A DNA stretch of 64,000 nucleotides from Mytilus trossulus (GCF_036588685.1 NC_086380.1:50654001-50718000), one strand, 5' to 3'. Numbered from the stretch's first letter, positions 29,437 through 42,030 are shown. The notes: a model not told the origin generated them from the sequence alone. Translations and numbers: made by a program.

Positions 29437-30338
29437 AGGGGCACTAGCTACAAGATATATAAAAAAAACAATTATATATTTTTTTTTGGCTCAATCACTA
29501 ATGAAATACAAATTGTGAAATAATAATTCACTTTTAGCATTTAGCAGCCAGTATGATTTAGTTCTGTCAAAATAAGCTAAAATCATTGATAATTAATTAT
29601 TCACTTGCAAGTGAATAATTCAACCTCATTGAATTTGTATTAATGTGATCTTCAATTTAACTCCTTAGCTTGAAATGGATAACACATGAATTGAATGTGT
29701 ACAATTATTTAAAGGAAAAGAATATCAACATTGAAAGTGAAACAAAGGTAAATCAATTGATTGACTGATTTGATCCACAGAAAAAAAACCCGATGATAAA
29801 CATTAATTTTTCATCCACTGTGGATTCATTATTATTCGTTGGATATCAATTTTCGTGGATTTCGTGGGAACAGACGAACCACGAAATTAAATGTTCAACA
29901 AATACCAAATTTTCTATTGGCTTGTATGCAGATTTCTCCAAAACCACGAAATTAAATATCCACGAACATGTAAGTTTTCCTCAATCCACGAAAAATTGGT
30001 ACCCACGAAAATAAACAAATCCACAGTATAATATAAAATTAACTAGACCTAGAACAATCCAAGAGCATGAATTTGCTTGATCTATTTATATCTATATTTA
30101 TGTTTACATCGCTTATATGATCATTGAATGACTTTAGAGGTCAACTCAATAATTAATTAGATGGCGGTCTAGACTGAGAACACACGAAATGAAGCTATGT
30201 AATTTTATACCGTGTCCTCTTAATATTTATTGTAGACTTTTAATAGGTTGGATAAATGTTGACATTATTCATTATTATAAATCAAATACTAGAAATTAAG
30301 TAAAATCGGTGAACATGAATTTGACAGCTAGTGCCCCT
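29437..30338. mobile_element. Non-autonomous Kolobok-like DNA transposon
   Basis: 13-bp perfect TIR AGGGGCACTAGCT with TTAA target duplications at 29433-29436 and 30339-30342. Confidence 0.85.
29818..30026. mobile_element. MITE (ctgtggatt...aatccacag) nested in the Kolobok-like element
   Basis: Inverted termini and ccacgaa subterminal repeats; second family copy at 33998-34205. Confidence 0.75.
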
Positions 30339-30356
30339 TTAACATTTAACATTTTT

Positions 30357-30514
30357 TTACAAGTTCTTTACACATATCTTCCTTCTTTTTCTTTTTTTCT
30401 CTGTCTTGTTTACATATGTTTTCAAGTTTTTAATAGTACCAATATCAGTCAGTCTTACTGTACACTTCTTGGATTCTGCTGTATATATTTTCTTATTTCC
30501 TGATCTTTTTCTGC
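30357..30514 (-). pseudogene. Putative late exon of the SET/ARKS gene (GRKRSGNKKIYTAESKKCTVRLTDIG...KKRKRRK)
   Basis: ttttgtAG acceptor; phase-1 frame open for about 52 codons; basic NLS-like run; reading frame and membership of the gene are inferred. Confidence 0.4.
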
Positions 30515-30579
30515 CTACAAAACATCAACTTATTTTACTAACTAAAAAGACTATTATTATGCAAATACATTGCTTTTAA

Positions 30580-32085
30580 AACTAGAGGCTCTAAAGAGCC
30601 TGTGTCGCTCACCTTGGTCTGTGTGAATATTAAACAAAGGACGCAGATGGATTCATGACAAAATTGTGTTTTGGTGATGGTGATGTGTTTGTACATCTTA
30701 ATTTACTGAACATTCTAGCTGCTTACAATTATCTCTATCTATAATTAACTTGGCCCAGTAGTTTCAGAGGAGAAGATTTTTGTAAAAGATTACTAAGATT
30801 TACAAAAAAATGGTTAAAACTTGACTATAAAGGGCAATAACTCCTAAAGAGGTCAACTGACAATTTCAGTCATATTGACTTATTCATAGATCTTACTTTG
30901 ACAGCATTTATTGTATTTTAAAGTTTATCTCTATCTATAATAATATTCAAGATAATAACCAATAACAGCAAAATTTCCTTAAAATTACCAGTTCAGGGGC
31001 AGCAACCCAACAACAGGTTGTCCAATTCATCTGAAAATTGCCGGGCAGATAGATTTTGACCTGATAAACAATTCTCATTCTGTCAGATTTGCTTTAAATG
31101 CTTTGGTTTTTGAGTTATGAGCCAAAAACTGAATTTTACCCCTATGTTCTATTTCTAGCTGTGGAGGCCATCTTAATTGTTTGACTGGGTCACGCCACAC
31201 ATTTTTACAACTCAATACCCAAATGATGATTGTGGCCAAGTTTGGTTTAATTTGGCTAGGTAGTATCAGAGGAGAAGATTTTTGTAAAAGATTAAGATTT
31301 ACGAAAAATTGTTAAAAATTTACTATAAAGGACAATACCTCCTATTGCTGTTTACAGTTTATCTCTATCTATAATAATATTCAAGATAATAACTAAGAAC
31401 AGCAAAATTTCCTTAAAATGACCAATTCAGGGGCAGCAACCCAACAACAGGTTGTCCCATTCATCTGAAAATTTCAGGGCAGATAGATTTTGACCTGATA
31501 AACAATTTTATTTCATGTCAAATGGCTCTTAATGCTTTGAGTTATAAGCCAAAAACTGCATTTTACCCCTATGTTCTATTTTTAGCTGTGGTGGCCATCT
31601 TGGTTTGTTGGCCAGGTCACGCCACTCAATTTTTAAACTGAATACCCCAATGATAGTTGTAGCCAAGTTCGGTTTAGTTTGGCCCAGTTGTTTCAGAGGA
31701 GAAGATTTTTGTAAAAGATTACTAACATTTACGAAAAATGGTAAAAAATTGTCTATAAAGGGCAATCACTCCTTAAGGGGTCAACTGACAATTTCGGTCA
31801 TGTTGACTTATTTGAAATCTTACTTTGCTGAACATTGTTGCTGTTTACCGTTTATCTCTGAATTTACCCCTATGTTCTTTTTTTAGCCATGGCGGCCATC
31901 TTGGTTGGTTGACTGGGTCACTGGACACAAATTTTAAACTAGAAACTAGAAACCCTAATAATGAATTTGGCAATGTTTGTTTAAATTTGGCCAAGCAGTT
32001 TCAGAGGAGAAGATTTTTGTAAAAGTTAATGATGACGGACACCAAGTGATGAGAAAAGCTCACTTCGGGCCAGGTGAGCTAAAAA
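30580..32085 (-). mobile_element. HINE, same family as 25379-27397
   Basis: Same termini (actagaggctctaaagagcctgtgtcgctcacc...ggccaggtgagctaaaa) and internal tandem units. Confidence 0.8.
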
Positions 32086-32696
32086 TAACACTTTCTTAAT
32101 AACTCACATGAAAAGAAAATACTTCTGACTTTGATTTATATTCAATATAGGGTAAAATAACAATAAGTTTGTAATAAAATATATTATTTTTTTCAAATGA
32201 GGATTTGCATATCTTTTTGTTTCTTTTACTCCTATCTTTCGATCTATTGTGCATAATTTTAATAAATGTCAAAATGCCTCTTATTATATTTCATTCATTT
32301 GGTAAGTTCAAAATGTATATGTTTCAATAATAATAATATTGCAAGTACATTTAACAATAATAAATTTCCAAAAAAGCTCAGAAGTAAAAGTAACATCTCA
32401 AATATAAAGAGAAATGTGTTGGTTTTTTTTTTTATTTTAAAAGCATCTAGGGCTATATCATAACCATCTTTGCCTTCAAGGGGTTAAATATCAGCATGAA
32501 TCAACAATATATCAATAGCTAGTAGTGAATGTATATATATGATATAAGGTCAATGCGGAAAAATAAAAAAAAAATATATGAGGCTGAAAAGTTGGGGAAA
32601 GGTGGAGTTTTAAAGAACTATTAAATGTATACTAAATTATACGAGGGGAATAAGAGGTTTTAACCAACTATTATTTTATACTAAATGATTTCTCAC

Positions 32697-33136
32697 CTAT
32701 TTCGGATTTTTTATCTTTTGTCGATGAATGATTAATAAGTCCTGTAATTGCATCTGAAATGAAAATAAGGATTTAAAAAAAAAATTAATTCATTCTAACC
32801 TTCCCTGAAATATTTGTATGGAATTAATACAATTAAAACTATTTTAAATGTGCATTATAAAGATAAAACTTCTTTTCACAAACTGTTATCATCCTTTTCA
32901 AAATCTGAATAAAATTCTGTTATCAGTCAAATCTTCAAAAGTATACAAGTTGCAGTTCAGACTGTAAATAAGATTTAAAAGACAAACTGTGAACAAACAA
33001 TCTTTGGACTGATATAAAGTTGTAAAAACTTTAGATTATTTACCCTTTTTAGTATTTTTACCAATCCTTTCATATTCTCCAGTAGTTTCACTGGTCCTTT
33101 CTAAATTTGGGCAAACATCTATTGGATTATTTAAAT
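32697..33136 (-). pseudogene. Two open phase-1 exons of the SET/ARKS gene: 33044-33136 (DLNNPIDVCPNLERTSETTGEYERIGKNTKK) and 32697-32753 (DAITGLINHSSTKDKKSEI)
   Basis: AG/GT boundaries; lengths 93 and 57 nt; no stops. Confidence 0.55.
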
Positions 33137-33643
33137 CTGGAAAATTAAAAGGTTAAATACAATAACAATGTAAATGAAAAAGGAGAAAACCAAGGTTATT
33201 CCACCAGGGATGATTCTAGGTGTTTTCAAATGGGTCCCTTAAACATCAAATTGGGAATTTTTTTTGAATAAAATCTAAGAGGAAATAACTTTGTTTTCCT
33301 GTAAAAACGGAAAATGTATATCATTAAGTTTAACCTTTACACTGATGTTCATGTAAGTTGTAACATTTTGAATAATTCTGGATGGGCTACTGTAATTACA
33401 TGAATATTATTGAACATGAGGCACTAAGTCTATCATCTTAGCTATAGTTACCTAGGCCTATTACAAAAATATTTCAGCTAACATAAATAAACCACTGAAA
33501 CAAATCATTCATCAGGTCGCAAATCTCTGTTTTACTGTCTACTTTGTAACAATTGACGGTGGCAACTCTTCAACTACAGTACTGTTATTCCTTATGTAAC
33601 AGAAAGTAAAAAAAAATATTGTTTTCTCTCATTAAAGTTGTAC

Positions 33644-33946
33644 CTTTGTTTCCTGAATGATGTTTATGAATGATATAGTGTTGTGCATCATAGATGGAAT
33701 GTCAGAACTGACAGATAGATTGAAAATGTCTTTATATGTCAAGCTAAGATATGAAGTTAATTCATCTCTCACTTCCTTAGATATGCCTCTAGTGTTGTCA
33801 ACATAGTGGTTAAACAGGCTTTCTCCAACTTTTGGCAATGATTTAAATGGCTTATAATTCTGCAGATACTCTATAATTTCAGCTTTCATTTCTTTTGCCT
33901 TTATAACTAAGGAGATGGGCATACCTGAGGAAATATTTTTCATTTA
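33644..33946 (-). pseudogene. Probable exon of the same gene (NISSGMPISLVIKAKEMKAEIIEYLQNYKPF...)
   Basis: 100-codon protein-like open frame; splice phase does not fit cleanly. Confidence 0.45.
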
Positions 33947-33997
33947 CTTCAATTAAAATAAATAAAAAAAGGATGTAGGAACATGTAAGCTGTCTTA

Positions 33998-34205
33998 CTG
34001 TGAATTCATTTATTTTCGTGGATACCAGTTTTCTTGGATTGTGGAAAAATTGTGCTTTCTAGTATATTTGATTTCATGGTTTTTATTATGTGTTGAAACA
34101 AACCTATATAAAATTCCTACTTCGTTGAGTATTCAAATTTGTGGTTCACCTACACCCACGTAATCCACAAAAATTGGTATCCCACGAAAATCAATAAATC
34201 CACAG
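33998..34205. mobile_element. MITE, same family as 29818-30026
   Basis: ctgtgaattc...aatccacag termini. Confidence 0.65.
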
Positions 34206-35396
34206 AATCTTAAAATATAAGCAAATAAATTGTTCCTCCTATTTTAATTGCATACAGTTTAATATCTCATTTCAAATTCACTCATTTGACTCATGTGTAG
34301 ATCTTACTTTGCTGAACATTTTTTGCTGTAACATTTTATCTCTATATATCTCAAAAAAAAATTGAAGATAATAACCAAAAGCAATGAAATTCCCTAAAAA
34401 AATAACTATTTCGGAACAGTAACCTGACAATGGGTTGTTGGATATGTCTGAAAATTACAAGGCCTATAGATCTTAACCTGATAATTACTTTAACAACAGC
34501 AACTTGAGTTTTACTCTAACAGCTTTTGTCTTTGAGATATTAGTCAAAAACTGCAATTAACCCCTATGTTCTACTTTTACAACATCAGACTTCATTGATG
34601 AAGGATCAAATACCTGGATAATATTTATACAAACAAGATACCCTAAGGAAAATTCAAGTACAGTTCAGTTCATATTGGTCTAGTAGCTTCAGAGAAGATG
34701 ATTTTTGAAAAAAATACTTCCTACAAAAAAATTGTCTTTCCAGGTGAATAACTCCTGAAGAGGTCAATTTACCATTCTAATGCAATTTTTATGTAACATT
34801 TATTTTTTCATTGGATAAAAGCCATCGTATTATTTCTTTTTATAATGCATTAGAATCAGAATAACAGTACTGAAGTTGAAGAGTTGCCACCATAAATTTT
34901 GATTTGACTGTCTCAAATAACCGTTTTACTGGCTCCCTTACGCGTTGCAGTAAAACTGGATTTGCAACTGTCAAATCGACAATTGACTGTGGCAACTCTT
35001 CAACCACAGTACTATTATTCCTTAATTTCACCAACAAACGACAACCATTAAACAACAGCCTCTTGACTAAGGACAGGTGCATATAATAAATGCAACAGGT
35101 TTGAATGTTTTAACAGATGCCAACCTTTACCCTAACCTTATTAACAATAGTATAACATTACAACATGAAAAGACGCACTAAAAAATATTAATTGAAAATG
35201 GCATAATTCTATTAAAAAGACACCAATTTCACAAAAACCACTAAACTATGTTCTTTTTCTTAGCAACAGCATCAAGATTTGTTGATGAATCAAATCATCA
35301 ATTAAAATGTATAAACTATATACCCTAAAGAACATTCACTTTAAGTTATTTTGAAGTATTTGATAGTTATCAAAAGTACCAGGATTATAATTTTAT

Positions 35397-35440
35397 ACGC
35401 CAGACGCGCGTTTCGTCTACATAAGACTCATCAGTGACGC
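35397..35440 (-). ncRNA. Type I hammerhead ribozyme in a retrozyme fragment
   Basis: Reverse complement is gcgtca-CTGATGA-gtct/agac-GAAA-cgcgcg-TC-tggcgt. Confidence 0.85.
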
Positions 35441-35714
35441 TCAGATCAAAATAGTTAAAAAGCCGAATAAATACAAAGTTGAAGAGCATTTAAGGATCCA
35501 AAATTCCAAAATTAATTTCAGAACAGAAGATTCTTGAAATAATTCATGAGGATTATAGCAAGTGATGGCATAAGCTCAAATGACTATCTGGATCAAAAAC
35601 TAAATTTCAGGATTTTGAATGGTTAAAGTAATGGTATTAACTTTCATTGTCCCCTATGTTAGCTTCCTCTTTTTAATGGTAATAGGTATATAACATATTT
35701 ATATTATCACTCAC

Positions 35715-36165
35715 CTTGTATTGCTTTTAATGGAGAACTATCTTCACTTGTAAGGGATTTCCTAGCTTTTAATGGAGAACTATCTTCACTTGTAAGGGAT
35801 TTCCTAGCTTTTAATGGAGAACTATCTTCACTTGTAAGGGATTTCCTAGCTTTTAATGGAAAACTATCTTCATTTGTAAAGGATTTCCTAGCTTTTAATG
35901 AAGAATTATCCACACTTCTTTTTCCTATAAAGAAATTAATTGTAAAGTGTTAGAAGTAAGTGTTACGAAGAAACTTGTGTGTTCTTTTTTAAGTCAGCTT
36001 ACTACACAGTTATGTCTAGAACAGAAAAAATATATCAACATACAAAATATAGAAAATACCTACCATTTCTTGCTTTATATGGAGAACTGTCTTTGCTATT
36101 TAAGGATTTCCTAGCTTTTAATGGAGATCTGTCATCACTATCAAAGGATTTCTTATCTCTACTAC
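35715..36165 (-). CDS. ARKS-repeat exon pair, copy 2: 36064-36165 and 35715-35924
   Basis: Phase 1-1 exons of 102 and 210 nt with no stops; 42-bp repeat encoding SPLKARKS(L/F)TSEDS. Confidence 0.7.
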
Positions 36166-36589
36166 CTACAATTATGTCATAGTTTATTGTTAAACCTTGA
36201 TTGTATCAATAAGTGTGTCTGCATCAACTGTTTCTTAAATTACTTAAAATGTTAATATTTATATGTTGTATCCTGTAAGAACAATGAAATTAGGCCTATT
36301 GTGTTTTATTTTTGTACTATCAATTCCAAGTTTACTTTCCACAGCAGTCACTAAGACTCAGAGTGAGAGAAAGTATATTCCACTTCGTATCTTATCACCT
36401 ATTTTCCTACATTAGTTCTAGGAGGAACCCCATTCCTAACTCTTTAAATATTTAATTTTCTGTGAGTCAGTGATCATGACTCCTTTCCGTACACATTTAT
36501 TGGTTCAAATTGCGATCTTTTTAAATAAAATACAACATTTATTGACAGAACGAGCTAATACTGGACATGTCGTTTGATTCAACATTTAA

Positions 36590-37228
36590 ATTGACAATGA
36601 GGGTCGGTTGAAGACAAAACTTTACGACAAAAGAGATGATTTCAGCTTTCCAATTGTGAACTTTCCATTTCTAAGTAGCAACATTCCAGCAGCACCTGCA
36701 TACGGGGTATATATCTCCCAATTGATACGATATTCCCGTGCTTGCATTTCCTATCATGATTTTCTTGATAGAGGGTTACTGCTCACAAGGAAGCTATTAA
36801 ACCAAGAGTTCCAAACGGTGAAGTTGAAATCATCCCTTCGTAAATTTTACGGACGCCATCACGAGTTGGTTGACCGTTATGGAATAACCGTTTCACAAAT
36901 GATATCGGATATGTTCCTTACGTCGTAACTACAATCCCCTTCCCTTTCATGAATTTGACCTACCGAATTAGACTATTTACCGGATTTGTAATCACATAAG
37001 CAACACGACGGGTGCCGCATGTGGAGCAGGATCTGCTTACCCTTCCGGAGCACCTGAGATCACCCCTAGTTTTTGGTGGGGTTCGTGTTGTTTATTCTTT
37101 AGTTTTCTATGTTGTGTCATGTGTACTATTGTTTTTCTGTTTGTCTTTTTCATTTTTAGCCATGGCGTTGTCAGTTTGTTTTAGATTTACGAGTTTGACT
37201 GTCCCTTTGGTGTCTTTCGTCCCTCTTT
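36590..37228 (+). mobile_element. 5'-truncated Penelope-like retroelement: RT C-terminus plus 3' UTR
   Basis: KLYDKRDDFSFPIVNFPFLSSNIPAAPAYGVYISQLIRYSRAC...; open to the stop at 36928; intronic and antisense to the host gene. Confidence 0.8.
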
Positions 37229-38054
37229 TAAGGAAGTGAGACAACTCGAAACGATAATATGGAAGACTCCATTTTGCCTGATGTTCTATGATGATGACTA
37301 CATTCATTTTTTTTAAATGATGCATATGATTTAAAGAAATGCAACAACAATAACCCTCAAAAGCAGACATTCATAGAAAAGATCCCATGAGTTGTAAATT
37401 AATTGAGTGGGGAATCCAGAGCTAAAACCCCTTGAAGTCAAGAAATCTATACGCATGCGCATAATTACCAAAACAAACCTTTGAGCAAGGTCGTATATTA
37501 AATGTTAACTAAACGATGGTTCTCTATTTCTTTATGGAATTACAATGATCTTGAATATCAGTTTCATAACAGTAACATATAAGAAAAACTCCACTTCATT
37601 TCTTATATGACAAAAATAGATTTATCGGAATTCAGAGAACTCTCGTATTTTATCAAAACTGGGATTCCCTCTGACGTGTTTCTAAATTTATAAAAACATT
37701 CAATATAAATACTGCTTAATTCTGATTTTTCGTGTTGTTAAAAACACACATATAAGTCAATGGAATTATCAAACATGAAGATTATGAAAAGAATATTATA
37801 GGAAAGTTGTTTTAGTTCAATCCCTTTGTTTGTTTTTTATATAAGTATAAGTCTACAGATTGCTTGAAAGCAATTGTATCCAAAAAAAAACTCACCTTTA
37901 CAAAGCTCCACATCAAAAATGAAATTATTTCTTTTCATAAAAGCCATTAAAACTTTGACAAAAATTAAACAACAAAGTCTTTTGGACTGACAGACTGACA
38001 GTTACCAGTTCAGCAACTATGTCGACAGGTAAAATATAACATATTATCACTCAC

Positions 38055-38602
38055 CTTTTATTGCTTTTAATGGAGAACTGTCCTTGCTTGTAAAGGATGT
38101 CCTAGCAATTAATGGAGAACTGTCCTCAGTTGTAAAGGATTTCCTAGCTTTTAATGGAGAACTATCTTCACTTGTAAGGGATTTCCTAGCTTTTAATGGA
38201 GAACTATCCTCACTTGTAAAGGATTTCCTAGCTTTTAATGGAGAATTGTCCTCACTTGTAAAGGATTTCCTAGCTTTCAATGGAGAACTGTCCTCACTTG
38301 TAAAGGATTTCCTAGCTTTCCTAGCTTTTAATGGAGAACATTCCTCACTTGTAAAGGAATATACACTTCTTTTTTCTATAAAGTAATTAATTATAAGATG
38401 TTAGAAGTGACTTGTTAAGATGAAATGCTTCTGGCATGCAACATAATAAGCCTGATACATGCATAATTGAGTAGGAAATTTGTAGATGTGTAGAACAACA
38501 GCAATAAGTATTTTTAAATACAAAAAATATCAAAATACCTACCTTTTCTTGCTTTAAATGGAGATCTGTCATCACTATCAAAGGATTTCTTATCTTTTTT
38601 AC
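38055..38602 (-). CDS. ARKS-repeat exon pair, copy 1: 38543-38602 and 38055-38375
   Basis: Phase 1-1 exons of 60 and 321 nt with no stops; about 7 units of the 42-bp repeat. Confidence 0.7.
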
Positions 38603-39699
38603 CTAGAATTATGTCATAGAACTTTTTTTTATACCTTGGTTATCTATAAAAGAACTTAAGTTAAGTGAGCAGGATCACATACTCCACATCCCTATATTGT
38701 CACTAGGCAAACAAAATATAAATCTATGATTTTCATCCAAGTCCCCCCCCCCTCCCTGACAAAGTGGTCCACCTTAACCGATATCCAGCACTTCATTGAA
38801 ATTTATAGGAAATCCAACCAACAAAAAATAAATGTGCTTTCTACATGTTCTAGGCATAAAGCAGAAAGTCCCCCTCCTGAACAAAAAATACCCCTCTACA
38901 GATTTATCTAAAAATCAATCCTATCGAAGCTTTTATGGTAACCAACACTTTATTTATGTAAAGAAGAAAATCACACCAGAAATGAAGGCAGCATCCAGAC
39001 GATGATTTTTATCCAGTCCCCTCGTGACAAAAGCTTCCTTCCTCTTATTTCTGTCAATAACAATCCCATCAAAGCTTTTTTGTTTACAGATGGCGACAGA
39101 CAAAAAGAGAGATGGACCAGTCAAAAACATTTTACCTTTCGTAACTTAAGTTGCATAGGGTATAAAAAATGTGTATAAATAAACTGCTTAAATTTTTAGT
39201 ATTCTTTGTTATATCATATCTCCCCAGGTTGGCATAAACATTTTTCACAAATATTGAAACAAGATATCTACAGAAACAAGAGGATCATGAAAGCCTGAAA
39301 TCATATATAATTCATGATGCCTTAAGTACAATTAAATACATTTTCAAAAATGCTATTTCATTTTTCTGCCAAAAAGCTAAAAAAATATATTAAAATCATC
39401 TTTTAAGAGAAAAAAATGGAATAAGAGGTGAATTTTCAAATTTCAACTTACACAAATGAACAACCTATCTGGTTTTATACTAAATCGATACAAATATAAA
39501 AAGTAAATAATATACTATGCAGAGTTAACATCTCGCACTATCAATGTTACTGGAGCATATTGATAAATATTTAAGATGGTTCAGACTTATCTGTAGAACC
39601 CAAACTGTATTATGTCCAAAGAAATACTTGTGCAGTAGAAAACAGCACTAATCAGACCATTATGAATTAAAATACTAACACAAGTCAAGAATTACTTAC

Positions 39700-40317
39700 T
39701 TGATTTAATCTGGTCTGATGTCCTTTTTGAAAACTTTTTAAATATTCTTCCTACAAATTTTTTTTTCAAAGTGCTTGAATAAGCTTTATCCTTAAAACAA
39801 TGGTGAAGTTATTACAAAGTCTTAACATAATGTCACAAAGTCTTCATAACTTCCTACATTTTAAAGATGTTGCTTATTGTTGAAGGCCAAACAGTAACCA
39901 ATAGTAGTTTACATCTATGCAAATTGGTCTCTAGCTCATTGTTGTCTTCTTGAAAATCTTTTACACATTTTATATTTTCATTAATTAACTTATTGGAAAT
40001 AAAATCAATTTGCTCTTAGGTCCATGGCCAGTTAAACACGTTTCTACTATAAACCAGCAGAAACCAGTCAAAAGTCAACTTTATAATGATGTCAAACTTG
40101 AACTCGTAGAGAGCTTATTTAATACTTGTTCAATGTCGTAACTGGGTTTGGTACCAATGACAATTATTCCACATATAAGTACTTACGTTCAGATGTTTTT
40201 TTCAATATTCATTAATATGAAACTCACCTTCAACTGGACCTATTAAAGCTTTGCCTTTTCTTGTTTGGCATGGAGAAATCTTATCATAATACTTCTGAGT
40301 GTTACTAATATACATAT
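39700..40317 (-). CDS. Two open phase-1 exons: 40228-40317 (DMYISNTQKYYDKISPCQTRKGKALIGPVE) and 39700-39750 (GRIFKKFSKRTSDQIKS)
   Basis: Strong GTGAGT and GTAAGT donors, pyrimidine-rich AG acceptors, lengths 90 and 51 nt. Confidence 0.6.
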
Positions 40318-40327
40318 CTAAAACATA

Positions 40328-41082
40328 AATTAGAGGCTCTAAAGACCCTGTGTCGCTCACCTTAGTCTATGAAGGACACAGATGGATTCATGACAAAATT
40401 GTGTTTGAAGATCTTACTTGACTGAACATTCTTGTTACTTACAATTTTTCTATCTATAATAAACTTGGCCCTTTAGATAGAAAGGAAAGTATTTTGTAAA
40501 CCAATTTACCAAATTAATGAAAATTGTTAAAAATTTACTATAAAGGGCAATAACTCTTTCAGAGGTCAACTGACCATTTTGGTCATGTTGACTTATTTGT
40601 AGATCTTACTTTGCTGAACATTTATGCTGTTTACAATTTATCTCTATTTATAACAATATTCAAGATAATAACCAAAAAAGGCATTTTTTTCAAATTACCA
40701 ATTGAGGGGGAGGCAACCCAACAATCATTTCTCCAAATCATCTGAAAATTTCAGGGAAAATAGATATTGACTAGATACCAATTCAATCCTTTGTCAGATT
40801 TGTTCTAAATGCTTTATTTTCAGAGTTATAATCTTCATTTTACCCCATGTGTTCTATTTTTAGCCATGGCGGCCATCTTGATTGGTTGGCTGGGTCACTG
40901 CACACATTTTTTTTTCAAAAAGATACCCCAATAATGATTGTGGCTAAGTTTGGTTAAATTTGACTCAGAGGAGAAGATTTTTGTAAAAGTTAACAACGAT
41001 GTCGACGGAGACGAACAAAGGACGAGGAACGCCAAGTGATGCGAAAAGCTCACTTGGCCTTGTGGGCCAGGTGAGCTAAAAA
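40328..41082 (-). mobile_element. HINE, third and shorter copy
   Basis: Same termini as 25379-27397. Confidence 0.8.
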
Positions 41083-41119
41083 AGCAATGAAAATTCTTTG
41101 ATTGCAGCAGTTAAGTTAA

Positions 41120-42030
41120 AATTTAACCTTAAATAGTAACAAACGTTAATGACTGATGAATAAAACTGAAAGTGCAATGCAATGTGATATATGTGGAAAT
41201 GCCAATGTAAAAAAAAACCTGCATGTTTAACCCAGCCACATTATCTATGCATGTGCCTATCCCAAGTCAGGAGCCTGTAATCAGTGGTTTGTTTATGTGT
41301 TACATATTTGTTTTTTGTTCATTTTTATATTTAAATAAGGTCGTTAGTTTTCTATTTTTAATATTCAGACTTGTTACATTTGTGTACCTTCTAATACTTT
41401 GAGAGTATTTAAAACAAGCTGCCATGCATCTTTACTAAAGTAGGTCTTCGCTGAAGTTTGTGTTTCAGGACATATTAAACAGAATATCTGTATGACTCAA
41501 CATATTTTCTGGCTTTGTTTCCACTTCTTCTTCAATCACAAACAGTACAGACTGTGCTCTTAAAACAGCATCTAGATCAGCCATATGATATAAAAAGCCT
41601 GAAAAATTAAGATCTAACTATGTAGTTGAAACTTTTAATAAAATTTAGAAAAAGAGGCCATCAATAGGATGTGCTATTTCAAACCAACACTGAATTCAAA
41701 AGTCCTCAAGGGGCAGGTAGGAAAAAGTGGATATGACATTTGAAATCATGCAAATGGTTTAATCATTCAAAACAAATAAAACTTAACCTTAAATTGTGAA
41801 AAAACGTTAATGACTGATGAATGAAACTGAAAGTGCAATGCAATGTGATATATGTGGAAATGCCAATGTAAAAAAAACTTTGCATGTTTAACCCAGCCAC
41901 ATTATCTATGCATGTGCCTATCCTAAGTCAGGAGCCTGTAATCAGTGGGTGTCGTTTCGTTTGTTTATGTGTTACATATTTGTTTTTTGTTCATTATTAT
42001 AATTATTTAAATAAGGTCATTAGTTTTCTT
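41120..42030. repeat. ~240-bp direct duplication (about 41120-41355 and 41782-42030) flanking the zinc-finger exon
   Basis: ttaaccttaaat...aaactgaaagtgcaatgcaatgtgatatatgtggaaatgccaatg...aagtcaggagcctgtaatcagtgg occurs twice. Confidence 0.85.
41388..41598 (-). pseudogene. Decayed zinc-finger-like exon (VCTVCD*RRSGNKARKYVES / CLICPETQTSAKTYFSKDAW)
   Basis: Two CxxC motifs; stops and one frameshift; AG/GT boundaries. Confidence 0.45.

Noticed and set aside
25829-32022. Similar ORFs MPFIV.../MPFID... (25829, 26659, 31529 and their antisense partners)
   Set aside because: Chance ORFs in the internal tandem units of non-autonomous HINE repeats
32105-32520. Decayed exon-like frame (AIDILLIHADI...CNIIIIETY) as an AP endonuclease
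   Set aside because: It looks coding, but only a weak xxET resemblance is present and the other catalytic motifs are missing
35715-38375. Possible CRISPR array or protamine-like protein
   Set aside because: The repeats are contiguous with no unique spacers, and no cas genes are present; the acidic EDS content does not fit sperm protamine-like proteins
38084-38386. Plus-strand ORF of LVKDFLAFNGELSS repeats
   Set aside because: Antisense shadow of the 42-bp repeat; splice signals support the minus strand
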